The position numbers and the translations under genes were made by a program. Positions 12,601 to 23,752 of a stretch of 64,000 bases of DNA are shown piece after piece. Position 1 is the first letter of the stretch. Each line of letters begins with the position of its first letter. The notes beneath the pieces are model-generated. The model had not been told where the DNA came from. It was given only the letters and a program-made list of their open reading frames with translations, and did no database searches. This DNA is from Macrostomum lignano (taxonomy: Eukaryota). The stretch is from positions 21,181 to 85,180 of the forward strand of contig NIVC01003655.1 of the NCBI GenBank assembly GCA_002269645.1. Reading direction: 5' to 3'.

Positions 12601-15600
12601 CCTGTGCGTATGCGTACGTATCCGCGCACTTGTGTGCCTGCTCTGGGGAGTCGGTGGAATGGGCAGCAATGCCTCTCGCCGGTTGTGCGACAATGTCGCT
12701 TAAAGTGCGCCAGGGTGCACACAACCCCCTGCCTCTACTAAGTAAAAAGACTGGCTACCTAACTCTACCAATTTAACTACGACTGCCTACCCTATCTACC
12801 GACTGCCTACCCTATCTACCGACTACCTACCCTATCTACCGACTACCTACCCTATCTACCGACTGCCTACCCTATCTACCGACTGCCTACCCTATCTACC
12901 GACCCACCTTACCTCACTCTACAATCTCCGCGTCCGCAGACCTGGTGGACCGCAACGAGGTGCCCCGAATGCCGTGGCACGACGTGGCCTGCGCAGTCGG
13001 CGACAACGCGGCCCGCGATTTGGCCCGGCACTTCATCCAGCGCTGGAATTTCACAGTTCGCGACAAGAACCTGTCGACGGTCCGCTATCCCATGCTCATC
13101 CCCAAGGCCTTCGCCGCTGTCGATGCAGCCGCTGAGGAAGCCGCTGAAGAGGCCGCTGAAGCCGCTGCAGTCGCTGCGGCCGCCGCCGCGGCAGCTTCCG
13201 GCGGCGGAAAGCGGCGTTGGCGGAAGCAGCGAAAGCGCCAAACTGACTACCGGCTTGACGGCCTGGACACCAGCGGTAGGCCGCCGGCCGATAATTCCGG
13301 CCTGAGCCGCCTGCTGCCGAGGTTCTACAATCAGGTTGGTGACCGTTTGTACTTTTGCTAAGTAGTGCTTGGACTGCTTGAAGTATGGATTGTTGGCGCT
13401 TGATTTCTGACGCCTGTTTCTTTATCGTTTCGGACACCTGCTGCTTCACCTGTTCCCTCACCTGTTTCTCACCTGTTTCTCACCTGTTTCTTATCTGTTC
13501 ACTCACCTGTTCACTCACCTGTTATTTTACCTGTTCACTCATCTGTTCACTCACCTGTTCTCTCACCTGTTCACTCACCTGTTCTCTCACCTGTTCACTC
13601 ACCTGTTCCCTCACCTGTTCACTCACCAGTTCTCTAACTTGTTCACTCACCTGTTCCCTCACCTGTTCACTCACCTGTTCACTCACCTGTTCCCTCACCT
13701 GTTTCTCACCTGTTTCTCACCTGTTCCCTCACCTGTTTCTTATCTGTTCACTCACCTGTTCACTCACCTGTTATTTTACCTGTTCTCTCATCTGTTCACT
13801 CATCTGTTCACTCACCTGTTCACTCACCTGTTATTTTACCTGTTCACTCATCTGTTCACTCACCTGTTCTCTCACCTGTTCACTCACCTGTTCTCTCACC
13901 TGTTCACTCACCTGTTCACTCACCTGTTCCCTCACCTGTTCACTCACCAGTTCTCTAACTTGTTCACTCACCTGTTCCCTCACCTGTTCACTCACCAGTT
14001 CACTCACCAGTTCTCTAACTTGTTCACTCACCTGTTCCCTCACCTGTTCACTCACCAGTTCACTCACCAGTTCTCTAACTTGTTCACTCACCTGTTATTT
14101 TACCTGTTCACTCATCTGTTCACTCACCTGTTCTCTCACCTGTTCACTCACCTGTTCTCTCACCTGTTCACTCACCAGTTCACTCACCTGTTCCCTCACC
14201 TGTTCACTCACCAGTTCTCTAACTTGTTCACTCACCTGTTCCCTCACCTGTTCACTCACCTGTTCACTCACCTGTTCCCTCACCTGTTTCTCACCTGTTT
14301 CTCACCTGTTCCCTCACCTGTTTCTTATCTGTTCACTCACCTGTTCACTCACCTGTTATTTTACCTGTTCTCTCATCTGTTCACTCATCTGTTCACTCAC
14401 CTGTTCACTCACCTGTTATTTTACCTGTTCACTCATCTGTTCACTCACCTGTTCTCTCACCTGTTCACTCACCTGTTCTCTCACCTGTTCACTCACCAGT
14501 TCACTCACCTGTTCCCTCACCTGTTCACTCACCAGTTCTCTAACTTGTTCACTCACCTGTTCCCTCACCTGTTCACTCACCAGTTCACTCACCAGTTCTC
14601 TAACTTGTTCACTCACCTGTTCATTCGCCTGTCCCCGGCCTCGCAGGTGAACATCCTCCGCTCAGTGGGTCCCTGGTCTGCCGGCCTGGCCTCCGAGCCC
14701 GAGCGGTCAATCCACGAGGCCATGTGCGCGGCAATCGATAGCGCCGAGTGTTTCGTGTACATCGAATCGCAATTCTTCATCAGCAATCCGACCAGCGATT
14801 GCGCTGCCTCCCCGGTGCGCAACCAGGTGGCGGCCCGCCTGGCCAACCGGATTTTGCGCGCCCACCGGGACGGCCGGCCGTTCCGCGTCTACCTGCTGCT
14901 GCCACTGCGGCCGCAGTTCGAGGAGCAGCTGGTCGAGCCGCGCAGCATGGAACGGACCAAGAAGATTTTGCACCTGACCTATCGGTCCCTGTGCCGAGGC
15001 CCGGACTCCCTGCTGGGCCGGCTCCAACAGGGCGGGATCGAGGATCACACCCGCTACCTGGCTATCTGCTCCCTGCGCACCTGGGGCCGCATGCCCAGCG
15101 GTCGCTTAGCAACCGAGCTAATCTACGTGCACTCAAAGCTGCTCATAGCTGACGACCGAGTCCTGGTGCTTGGCTCGGCCAATATCAATGACAGGTCCCT
15201 GCTGGGCTGCCGCGACTCCGAGCTGGCCATGCGCTATGAGGACGCGGGGCCGGACACCGCCAGGGCCGTCTGGAGAGCCGCCGCCGGCGCTGACGAAGTC
15301 GACATCCGGGTTGGCTCGTTCTGCGGCTCCCTGCGTCGGTGCCTGATGCGGGAGCACCTCGGCCTGCTGGACGGCGGCGACTCCGCTGACGCTGCCGCTC
15401 TGGACGACCCGCTGTCCGAGGAGCTGTTCGACCGGCTGTGGCTGGGCCGAGCTCGAGCCAACTCCAAGCTGTTCGAGTCCGTGTTCCGCTGCCTGCCTTC
15501 TGATTCCGTTCCAGACTACGAGTCTCTGGCCGCCTGGCTGAAGGAGCCGCCATTGGCCGAGGTTGACCGCGACGCTGCCGCACAGCGGCTGGCCACGGAG

Positions 15601-15699
15601 GCTCCGGGCGGCAATCTGGTGCTGTTCCCGCTGCAGTTCCTGGGCAATGCGGATCTGGATGATCAGCTGTCTGTGGTGCCCGATATCACCTGGCACTGA
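6653..15699 (+). CDS. PLD1: Phospholipase D1/2-like (PX-PH-HKD-loop-HKD), 8 exons
   Basis: Phase-consistent GT-AG exons: 6653-7344 (PX), 8563-8721 (PH, WMVVKS), 9313-9699 (WYADG...[18 protein letters not shown]), 10246-10835 (HKD1 [20 protein letters not shown]), 11399-11735, 12004-12110 (LWKGLDYVN), 12940-13334 (PRMPWHD...ARHFIQRWN), 14647-15699 (VYIESQFF; HKD2 [12 protein letters not shown]...GSANINDRS). Start codon inferred; PLD1 vs PLD2 orthology is not resolvable by eye. Confidence 0.93.
7390..8548. repeat. 23-bp minisatellite in PLD intron 1, split by a MITE
   Basis: Unit ATAGAGAATCGCCCTCCAACCCC and variants, at 7390-7590 and 7880-8548. Confidence 0.92.
7591..7879. mobile_element. hAT-type MITE, 289 bp
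   Basis: 14-bp imperfect TIRs CATACATGTACAAC / GTTGCGCATGTATG; exact 8-bp TSD CTCCAACT (7583-7590, 7880-7887). Confidence 0.8.
9088..9290. repeat. ~20-bp degenerate minisatellite in PLD intron 2
   Basis: CCTTGACTGTCTCACGGACA units ending just before the acceptor at 9311-9312. Confidence 0.8.
9738..10170. repeat. Degenerate ~80-bp repeat with dimeric ~158-bp higher-order period in PLD intron 3
   Basis: Six copies of RGGTCA-NN-TGACYY; alternating internal markers AAAAACAGCC.AATTTTGATG (~9791, ~9950) and ACTGAC.AGCCGGCTTTAATGCT (~9868, ~10025). Confidence 0.7.
10945..11260. repeat. 23-bp minisatellite in PLD intron 4
   Basis: TCCTTCAGTGCCCTCCCTGCTAG-type units. Confidence 0.88.
11755..11925. 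repeat. Degenerate TGTACATT-based repeat in PLD intron 5
   Basis: TTTGATGTACATTTAGTGCTCA units and shorter variants. Confidence 0.75.
12392..12706 (+). mobile_element. tRNA-headed SINE, copy 1 (PLD intron 6)
   Basis: A-box-like TAGCCCAGTGG and B-box-like GGCTCGATTCC at the 5' end; body colinear with the copy at 31737-32068 (TGGAATCTCG.CTTGGCTCTGCTCG, CTTGAGGGCCAACC, GGGCCGCTGTA, AATGCCTCTCGCCGGTTGTG, ATGTCGCTTAAAGT). Confidence 0.8.
12770..12905. repeat. 20-bp minisatellite before PLD exon 7
   Basis: GACTGCCTACCCTATCTACC units. Confidence 0.85.
13430..14625. repeat. 12-bp minisatellite filling PLD intron 7
   Basis: TCACCTGTTCAC-type units with internal block duplications; ends ~20 nt before the acceptor at 14645-46. 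Confidence 0.93.
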
Positions 15700-15719
15700 C
15701 TGGGTGGGCTACGGCTTTG

Positions 15720-16225
15720 GGAACTGGACCGCATCGTTGTGTTTGTGTGTTGGTAGAGAACTGGACCGCATCGTTGTGTTTGAGTGGGTAGAGAACTGGA
15801 CCGCATCGTTGTGTTTGAGTGGGTAGAGAACTGGACCGCATCGTTGTGTTTGTGTGTTGGTAGAGAACTGGACCGCATCATTGTGTTTGTGAGTAGGTAC
15901 AGAACTGGACCGCGTCTTTGTGTTTGTGAGTAGGTACAGAACTGGACCGCATCATTGTGTTTGTGAGTAGGTACAGAACTGGACCGCATCATTGTGTTCG
16001 TATGTGTTTAGAGAACTGGACCGCATCATTGTGTTCGTATGTGTTTAGAGAACTGGACCGCATCATTGTGTTCGTATGTGTTTAGAGAACTGGACCGCAT
16101 CATTGTGTTCGTATGTGTTTAGAGAACTGGACCGCATCATTGTGTTTGTGAGTAGGTACAGAACTGGACCGCATCATTGTGTTTGTGAGTAGGTACAGAA
16201 CTGGACCGCATCACTGGGTAGAGAA
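15720..16225. repeat. ~35-bp minisatellite directly after the PLD stop codon
   Basis: AGAACTGGACCGCATCATTGTGTT... units. Confidence 0.9.
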
Positions 16226-16589
16226 CTAAGTGTGTAGAGAACCCATTGAGCTTTTTTAAACAAATGATCAAGTAATAAAAATGTCTCATGAAACAAACTT
16301 AAATTACCGCAGCTGACTTTAAAATCGAAATATGATTTGCGAATTTTGCTTTGCTTTGCTTTTAAATCAATACTGTGCTAAATTGTTTATTTCGTTTGAA
16401 AGTACGAGTACTTAACTAGACTACCTTTTGTCTGCCATTGTTAAGGCCGTGTCTTTGTAACTGCTTCCATATACTGTTATTAATGCATTTGCTTATGTAT
16501 TGCTTGTTTGTATTTGCCGACCTCTGGTGGCCTCTTCTGGCCAAGTGTTTGATGGTGTCATTTTTACGGCACTCTTATTAAAGACAAGA

Positions 16590-17025
16590 TTTTGATTATC
16601 TCATCCAGTTACAGGGGTGAGATTTTGATTATCTCATCTAGTTACAGGGGTGAGATTTTGAATATACCATCTAGTTACATGGGTGAGATTTTGATCATCC
16701 AATCTTGAGATTTTGATCATCCCATCTTGAGATTTTGATAATCATATCTTGAGATTTTGATCATTCCATCTTGAGATTTCAATCATCCTATCTTGAGATT
16801 TTGATCATCCCATCTTGAGATTTTGGTCATCCCATCTTGAGATTTTGATCATCCCATCTTGAGATTTTGATCATCCCATCTTGAGATTTTGATCATCCCA
16901 TCTTGAGATTTCAATCATCCTATCTTGAGATTTTGATCATCCCATCTTGAGATTTTGATCATCCTATCTTGAGATTTTGATCATCCCATCTAGTTACAGG
17001 GGTGGGATTTTAAAGATTTTGATTG
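16590..17025. repeat. 22-bp minisatellite
   Basis: GAGATTTTGATCATCCCATCTT units. Confidence 0.9.
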
Positions 17026-17671
17026 AGATTTTTACTATTTAATACTAAATATGTATCATAATATTTTCAGATTAATTTAATTTATCAAACAAGTGTTCAG
17101 AACTTGCTTTGGGACCTTACAACTTGCTTGATTGCTTGATTTATTCACACCATTACCGCAACCTTTTTGCACTGATTGCCAATTTGTTGTGCTTATCAGC
17201 TTTTTGGATATCTATATTTAATTGTGTTAACAGGCACAGAGCATGCGGCTGCCATGTACAAAGTGTTTTATTTCTTTTTTACAAAAAAATGATTTCTTTC
17301 AGCAGCGCTTTCTGTTGTCAGTGATTTGACATTCATGTGTCCATTCGGCATTCAGACCTACTTTAATCTGCTATTATTATCCCACTAATTAGGGGATCTG
17401 TTCCCAGGTTAGGCTTATTGCACCTAGAAAATCTTCTTCCCGTTTTGATCCACAGCTTTTTCAATTCTACATACATTATTTAGTTATATCTATAAATCAT
17501 TTCTTTTAAAGTTTTGAATATACGTCACGTTTGGATACGAAAAACCGATTCTGCCTACTTGTAGTAGGCTAAAATGGTGCCTATAGTCTATATATTCCGA
17601 TTTTTCATTACCATACAAGTCACAATTCGGCTGCAGTTTTTCTTTCTTTATTTTCCTTAACCCGATTTACA

Positions 17672-20600
17672 GAACCTCCTCACCCCGGTTCCCAGACAAT
17701 CGTTACTTCGGTTCCCAGACACTCCTCACCCCGGTTCCCAGACACTCCTCACCCCGGTTCCCAGACAATCGTTACTTCGGTTCCCAGACACTCCTCACCC
17801 CGGTTCCCAGACACTCCTCACGCCGGTTCCCAGACACTCCTCACCCCGGTTCCCAGACACTCCTCACGCCGGTTCCCAGACACTCCTCACTTCGGTTCCC
17901 AGACACTCCTCACTTCGGTTCCCAGATACTCCTCATCCCGGTTCCCAGACACTCCTCATCCCGGTTCCCAGACACTCCTCATCCCGGTTCCCAGACACTC
18001 CTCATCCCGGTTCCCAGACACTCCTCACTTCGGTTCCCAGACACTCCTCACTTCGGTTCCCAGACACTCCTCACCGGTTCCCAGACACTCCTCACCGGTT
18101 CCCAGACACTCCTCACCCCGGTTCCCAGACACTCCCCACCGGTTCCCAGACACTCCTCACCCGGGTTCCCAGACACTCCTCACCCCGGTTCCCAGACAAT
18201 CGTTACTTCGGTTCCCAGACACTCCTCACCCCGGTTCCCAGACACTCCTCATCCCGGTTCCCAGACACTCCTCACCCCGGTTCCCAGACACTCCTCATCC
18301 CGGTTCCCAGACACTCCTCACCCCGGTTCCCAGACAATCGTTACTTCGGTTCCCAGACACTCCTCACCCCGGTTCCCAGACACTCCTCACCCCGGTTCCC
18401 AGACACTCCTCGCCCCGGTTCCCAGACACTCCTCACCCCGGTTCCCAGACACTCCTCACCCCGGTTCCCAGACAATCGTTACTTCGGTTCCCAGACACTC
18501 CTCACCCCGGTTCCCAGACACTCCTCACTTCGGTTCCCAGATACTCCTCACTTCGGTTCCCAGATACTCCTCACCCCGGTTCCCAGACAATCGTTACTTC
18601 GGTTCCCAGACACTCCTCACCCCGGTTCCCAGACAATCGTTACTTCGGTTCCCAGACACTCCTCACCCCGGTTCCCAGACACTCCTCACCCCGGTTCCCA
18701 GACACTCCTCACTTCGGTTCCCAGATACTCCTCACCCCGGTTCCCAGACACTCCTCACCCCGGTTCCCAGACACTCCTCACTTCGGTTCCCAGATACTCC
18801 TCACCCCGGTTCCCAGACACTCCTCACCCCGGTTCCCAGACACTCCTCACTTCGGTTCCCAGACACTCCTCACCCCGGTTCCCAGACACTCCTCACTTCG
18901 GTTCCCAGACACTCCTCACTTCGCTTCCCAGACACTCCTCACCTCGGTTCCCAGACACTCCTCACTTCGGTTCCCTGACACTCCTCACCCCGGTTCCCAG
19001 ACACTCCTCACTTCGGTTCCCAGACACTCCTCACGCCGGTTCCCAGACACTCCTCACGCCGGTTCCCAGACACTCCTCACTTCGGTTCCCAGACACTCCT
19101 CACGCCGGTTCCCAGACACTCCTCACTTCGGTTCCCAGACACTCCTCACTTCGGTTCCCAGATACTCCTCATCCCGGTTCCCAGACACTCCTCATCCCGG
19201 TTCCCAGACACTCCTCATCCCGGTTCCCAGACACTCCTCATCCCGGTTCCCAGACACTCCCACCGGTTCCCAGACACTCCTCATCCCGGTTCCCAGACAC
19301 TCCTCACCGGTTCCCAGACACTCCTCATCTCGGTTCCCAGACACTCCTCATCCCGGTTCCCAGACACTCCTCATCCCAGTTCCCAGACACTCCTCATCTC
19401 GGTTCCCAGACACTCCTCATCCCAGTTCCCAGACACTCCTCATCTCGGTTCCCAGACACTCCTCATCTCGGTTCCCAGACACTCCTCATCTCGGTTCCCA
19501 GACACTCCTCATCCCGGTTCCCAGACACTCCTCATCCCAGTTCCCAGACACTCCTCATCTCGGTTCCCAGACACTCCTCACCCCGGTTCCCAGACACTCC
19601 CCACCGGTTCCCAGACACTCCTCACCCCGGTTCCCAAACTCTCCTCACTTCGGTTCCCAGACACTCCTCACCCCGGTTCCCAGACAATCGTTACTTCGGT
19701 TCCCAGACACTCCTCACCCCGGTTCCCAGACACTCCTCACCCCGGTTCCCAGACACTCCTCACTTCGGTTCCCAGATACTCCTCACCCCGGTTCCCAGAC
19801 ACTCCTCACCCCGGTTCCCAGACACTCCTCACTTCGGTTCCCAGATACTCCTCACCCCGGTTCCCAGACACTCCTCACCCCGGTTCCCAGACACTCCTCA
19901 CTTCGGTTCCCAGACACTCCTCACCCCGGTTCCCAGACACTCCTCACTTCGGTTCCCAGACACTCCTCACTTCGCTTCCCAGACACTCCTCACCTCGGTT
20001 CCCAGACACTCCTCACTTCGGTTCCCTGACACTCCTCACCCCGGTTCCCAGACACTCCTCACTTCGGTTCCCAGACACTCCTCACGCCGGTTCCCAGACA
20101 CTCCTCACGCCGGTTCCCAGACACTCCTCACTTCGGTTCCCAGACACTCCTCACGCCGGTTCCCAGACACTCCTCACTTCGGTTCCCAGACACTCCTCAC
20201 TTCGGTTCCCAGATACTCCTCATCCCGGTTCCCAGACACTCCTCATCCCGGTTCCCAGACACTCCTCATCCCGGTTCCCAGACACTCCTCATCCCGGTTC
20301 CCAGACACTCCCCACCGGTTCCCAGACACTCCTCATCCCGGTTCCCAGACACTCCTCACCGGTTCCCAGACACTCCTCATCTCGGTTCCCAGACACTCCT
20401 CATCCCGGTTCCCAGACACTCCTCATCCCAGTTCCCAGACACTCCTCATCTCGGTTCCCAGACACTCCTCATCCCAGTTCCCAGACACTCCTCATCTCGG
20501 TTCCCAGACACTCCTCATCTCGGTTCCCAGACACTCCTCATCTCGGTTCCCAGACACTCCTCATCCCGGTTCCCAGACACTCCTCATCCCAGTTCCCAGA

Positions 20601-20955
20601 CACTCCTCATCTCGGTTCCCAGACACTCCTCACCCCGGTTCCCAGACACTCCCCACCGGTTCCCAGACACTCCTCACCCCGGTTCCCAAACTCTCCTCAC
20701 TTCGGTTCCCAGACACTCCTCATCTCGGTTCCCAGACACTTCTCACCCCGGTTCCCAGACACTTCTCACCCCGGTTCCCAGACACTCCCCACCGGTTCCC
20801 AGACACTCCTCACTTCGGTTCCCAGACACTCCTCACTTCGGTTCCCAGACACTCCTCATCTCGGTTCCCAGACACTTCTCACCCCGGTTCCCAGACACTC
20901 CTCACCCCGGTTCCCAGACACTCCTCACTTCGGTTCCCAGACACTCACTCCGGTT
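17672..20955. repeat. 3.3-kb 21-bp minisatellite with a ~1052-bp internal duplication
   Basis: CCGGTTCCCAGACACTCCTCA(C) units; rare variants TCGCTTCCC (~18921/~19972), TTCCCTGAC (~18970/~20022) and CCCAAACTC (~19633/~20685) recur at ~1052 bp. Confidence 0.93.
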
Positions 20956-21589
20956 GCCAGACAAGTGGTGCAATAAATCAATTTTCTTTATCAAATTCAT
21001 GAAGCATCTTAGTGCGAGAGTGCGAAATGATGAAGAAGCCGTCTGTCTGCCTTGACGAAATTCTTTGTTGTTAGTTTCTCATCAAAGCAGGATGTGTGAA
21101 GTCTTGAAGCTGATAATTATCTATCCGAGTTGTTGACGGGTCTCTGCAGGTGGTCTGCGCGGGTGTCATTAGTGAAATCAATCGGCACCTTTGAGGCGAA
21201 GATTTTCAATAACTGCAGATAATTGCCAATCTGAGGCCTCTCCAGTGAGTTGGGGCTATCAATTACTGGTCAAGGAGACCGGCAAAATTAGTTTGCCACC
21301 TGTTCGTGCGGCCACCTGCAGTTGCTGTCAGTCACCTGTGTGCGACTATTGACAACAGGCGAATCACAGTATCAATTACTTGCTCTTCATTTTTTGCTTC
21401 ATCGCTTTGTTCTCAAGGCAGAGCAGCTTCGTCACCCTTCGCTGTGACAGCTTTTAATTATCCATCTTCATTGCAATTTTAAACCAATTAGCACCTCCTC
21501 ATCAGGAGCAGCTGGTTTTGTGTATAGACAATTACAGTTTGTCTTTTTATACTTTTTAATGAAAAATGTTTGGGCTTGTTCTGAACTGT

Positions 21590-22460
21590 GTTTGACACCT
21601 GAAGTGTGCTTGGCACCCTGTCCTGAAGTGTGCTTCACACCCTTTCCTGAAGTGTGTTTGACACCCTGTCCTGAAGTGTGTTTGACACCCTGTCCTGAAG
21701 TGTGCTTCACACCCTTTCCTGAAGTGTGTTTGACACCCTGTCCTGAAGTGTGTTTGACACCCTGTCCTGAAGTGTGCTTCACACCCTTTCCTGAAGTGTG
21801 CTTCACACCCTTTCCTGAAGTGTGTTTGACACCCTGTCCTGAAGTGTGTTTGACACCCTGTCCTGAAGTGTGCTTCACACCCTTTCCTGAAGTGTGCTTC
21901 ACACCCTTTCCTGAAGTGTGTTTGACACCCTGTCCTGAAGTGTGCTTGGCACCCTTTCCTGAAGTGTGTTTGACACCCTGTCCTGAAGTGTGCTTGGCAC
22001 CCTTTCCTGAAGTGTGTTTGACACCCTGTCCTGAAGTGTGCTTCACAGCCTGTCCTGAAGTGTGCTTCACACCCTGTCCTGAAGTGTGCTTCACACCCTG
22101 TCCTGAGGTGTGCTTGACACCCTGTCCTGAAGTGTGCTTCACACCCTGTCCTGAGGTGTGCTTGACACCCTGTCCTGAAGTGTGCTTCACAGCCTGTCCT
22201 GAAGTGTGCTTCACACCCTGTCCTGAAGTGTGCTTCACACCCTGTCCTGAAGTGTGCTTCACAGCCTGTCCTGAAGTGTGCTTCACAGCCTGTCCTGAAG
22301 TGTGCTTGACACCCTGTCCTGAAGTGTGCTTCACAGCCTGTCCTGAGGTGTGCTTGATACCCTTTCCTGAAGTGTGTTTGACACCCTGTCCTGAAGTGTG
22401 CTTCACACCCTGTCCTGAGGTGTGCTTGACACCCTTTCCTGAAGTGTGCTTGACACCTTA
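21590..22460. repeat. 24-bp minisatellite
   Basis: ACACCCTGTCCTGAAGTGTGTTTG units; explains the repetitive ORFs on both strands. Confidence 0.92.
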
Positions 22461-23752
22461 TAAGTAAAGTGTGTAATTTCTTACTGAAAAAAGAAGCCAC
22501 TTGAAGAGAGATTTTGTTATTCGTCCCTAACTAGCAGTGCCTGCCGGCAGTTATAACAAAGGTCATCTCTCTTTGATGCAGTCGTCAATGCAGTCCGTGT
22601 GGGATGGAAATTTCAAAGACATGAAAAAGTGTCTCAAAGCAGCTCAAGGAGACAGATCGGATTAACGTTAATGACAAGCCGAGAATGAAAGATGAGAAAT
22701 GGAACAGGAAAGGTTGGTTACTCCCAGAGAATGTTCCCAGCAAACGGAAGCTTCTAGATTTCTCCCCTCGGATCTCGGCCTCTACCTATGAGCTGTGATT
22801 CGCCTTGCCTTAGGGGCGCTCTGAGCTGAGAACAAAAAGAAACCTACTGGCCAGGTAGATTCGGGGAGAAAATCTGGGCGGAGGCTGGGGATGAAAGCCT
22901 CAGAGAGCAGGGGGGCTGATGCAGCAGTGCGCAGGCTGGGATATGAGCTGCAGTAGGAAGGAACTGCCTCATCTGGAAGGACGATGAGAATTCAAAGAAA
23001 GCAATAATCGGCGGCCTGGCATTCTACCCTGCGTGGGATCTTTATAAATCGGGGCTAGTCCGTATGGGAAACAGGAAGCCGGGAAGACAGCTAGGGGGGG
23101 GGGGGGGCTGAAAGAGAATCTCAGTGTCCCCAATGTCAGTCTCTGTCCGCCCGTGCCCTCGGCAAGTCAAAGTCAATTATCAATCATCAATTGTCCCCCG
23201 GCGTCAGGGGACCGCGCGCCAGGCGAGCTCTTCCCCTGGGCTGTTAAAGAGTTTAGATGAAGAGAAATCAGGTGAAACACGAAACTGCCTCGTAATGGCT
23301 GAGGCTCATCAATATTGCTCCGAGCATTCGCCCTAAGTAAGTACTTAGTCCTTCATCGCGATGTCGTCGTCTTCGCGGCTCCCCCCAGCCTCCCTGCTCT
23401 TCTGCCCTTACCTCTATTCAACCCAATGCCCATCCCTCACTAGGCACCAGTCCCATTGGCTGGGCTGTCGTCTCCCCTGTCTACAGGCAGAGCAAGCTGT
23501 CAGCCACCTCGTAGCTGCCGCTATGCCTCAGACTCGCCCTCACCCTCTCCTCTGCCCTCTATTCGAGCGCGCGGCAAGCGTCAGCCCCAGACCGCCTCAA
23601 AACATTGCGGATTACGCGAGAGGCAGAAGCTGCAGGTAACCAACCGGTCCGCACTTCCTTCCTATGCCGGGGCAAGGTTCTGCTTTAAGTCAACAGCCGA
23701 CTAGACTGCCGTGAAGACGGTTAGCAGAGGGGGAAACAGTCAGGGCGACTGA

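Noticed and set aside
13385-14650. Long ORFs with repetitive translations (SLTC, FTHL; also 7769-8602, 21468-22500, 25881-27155, 32107-32969, 42212-43144, 43372-45993, 51124-51977, 56428-58528, 59160-59777)
   Set aside because: They are stop-free readings of tandem repeats, often open in several frames or on both strands, and many lie inside introns defined by phase-consistent exons.
21140-21345. Cluster of four CACCTG/CAGGTG E-boxes
   Set aside because: Short motifs with no independent support; compatible with chance or a decayed repeat.
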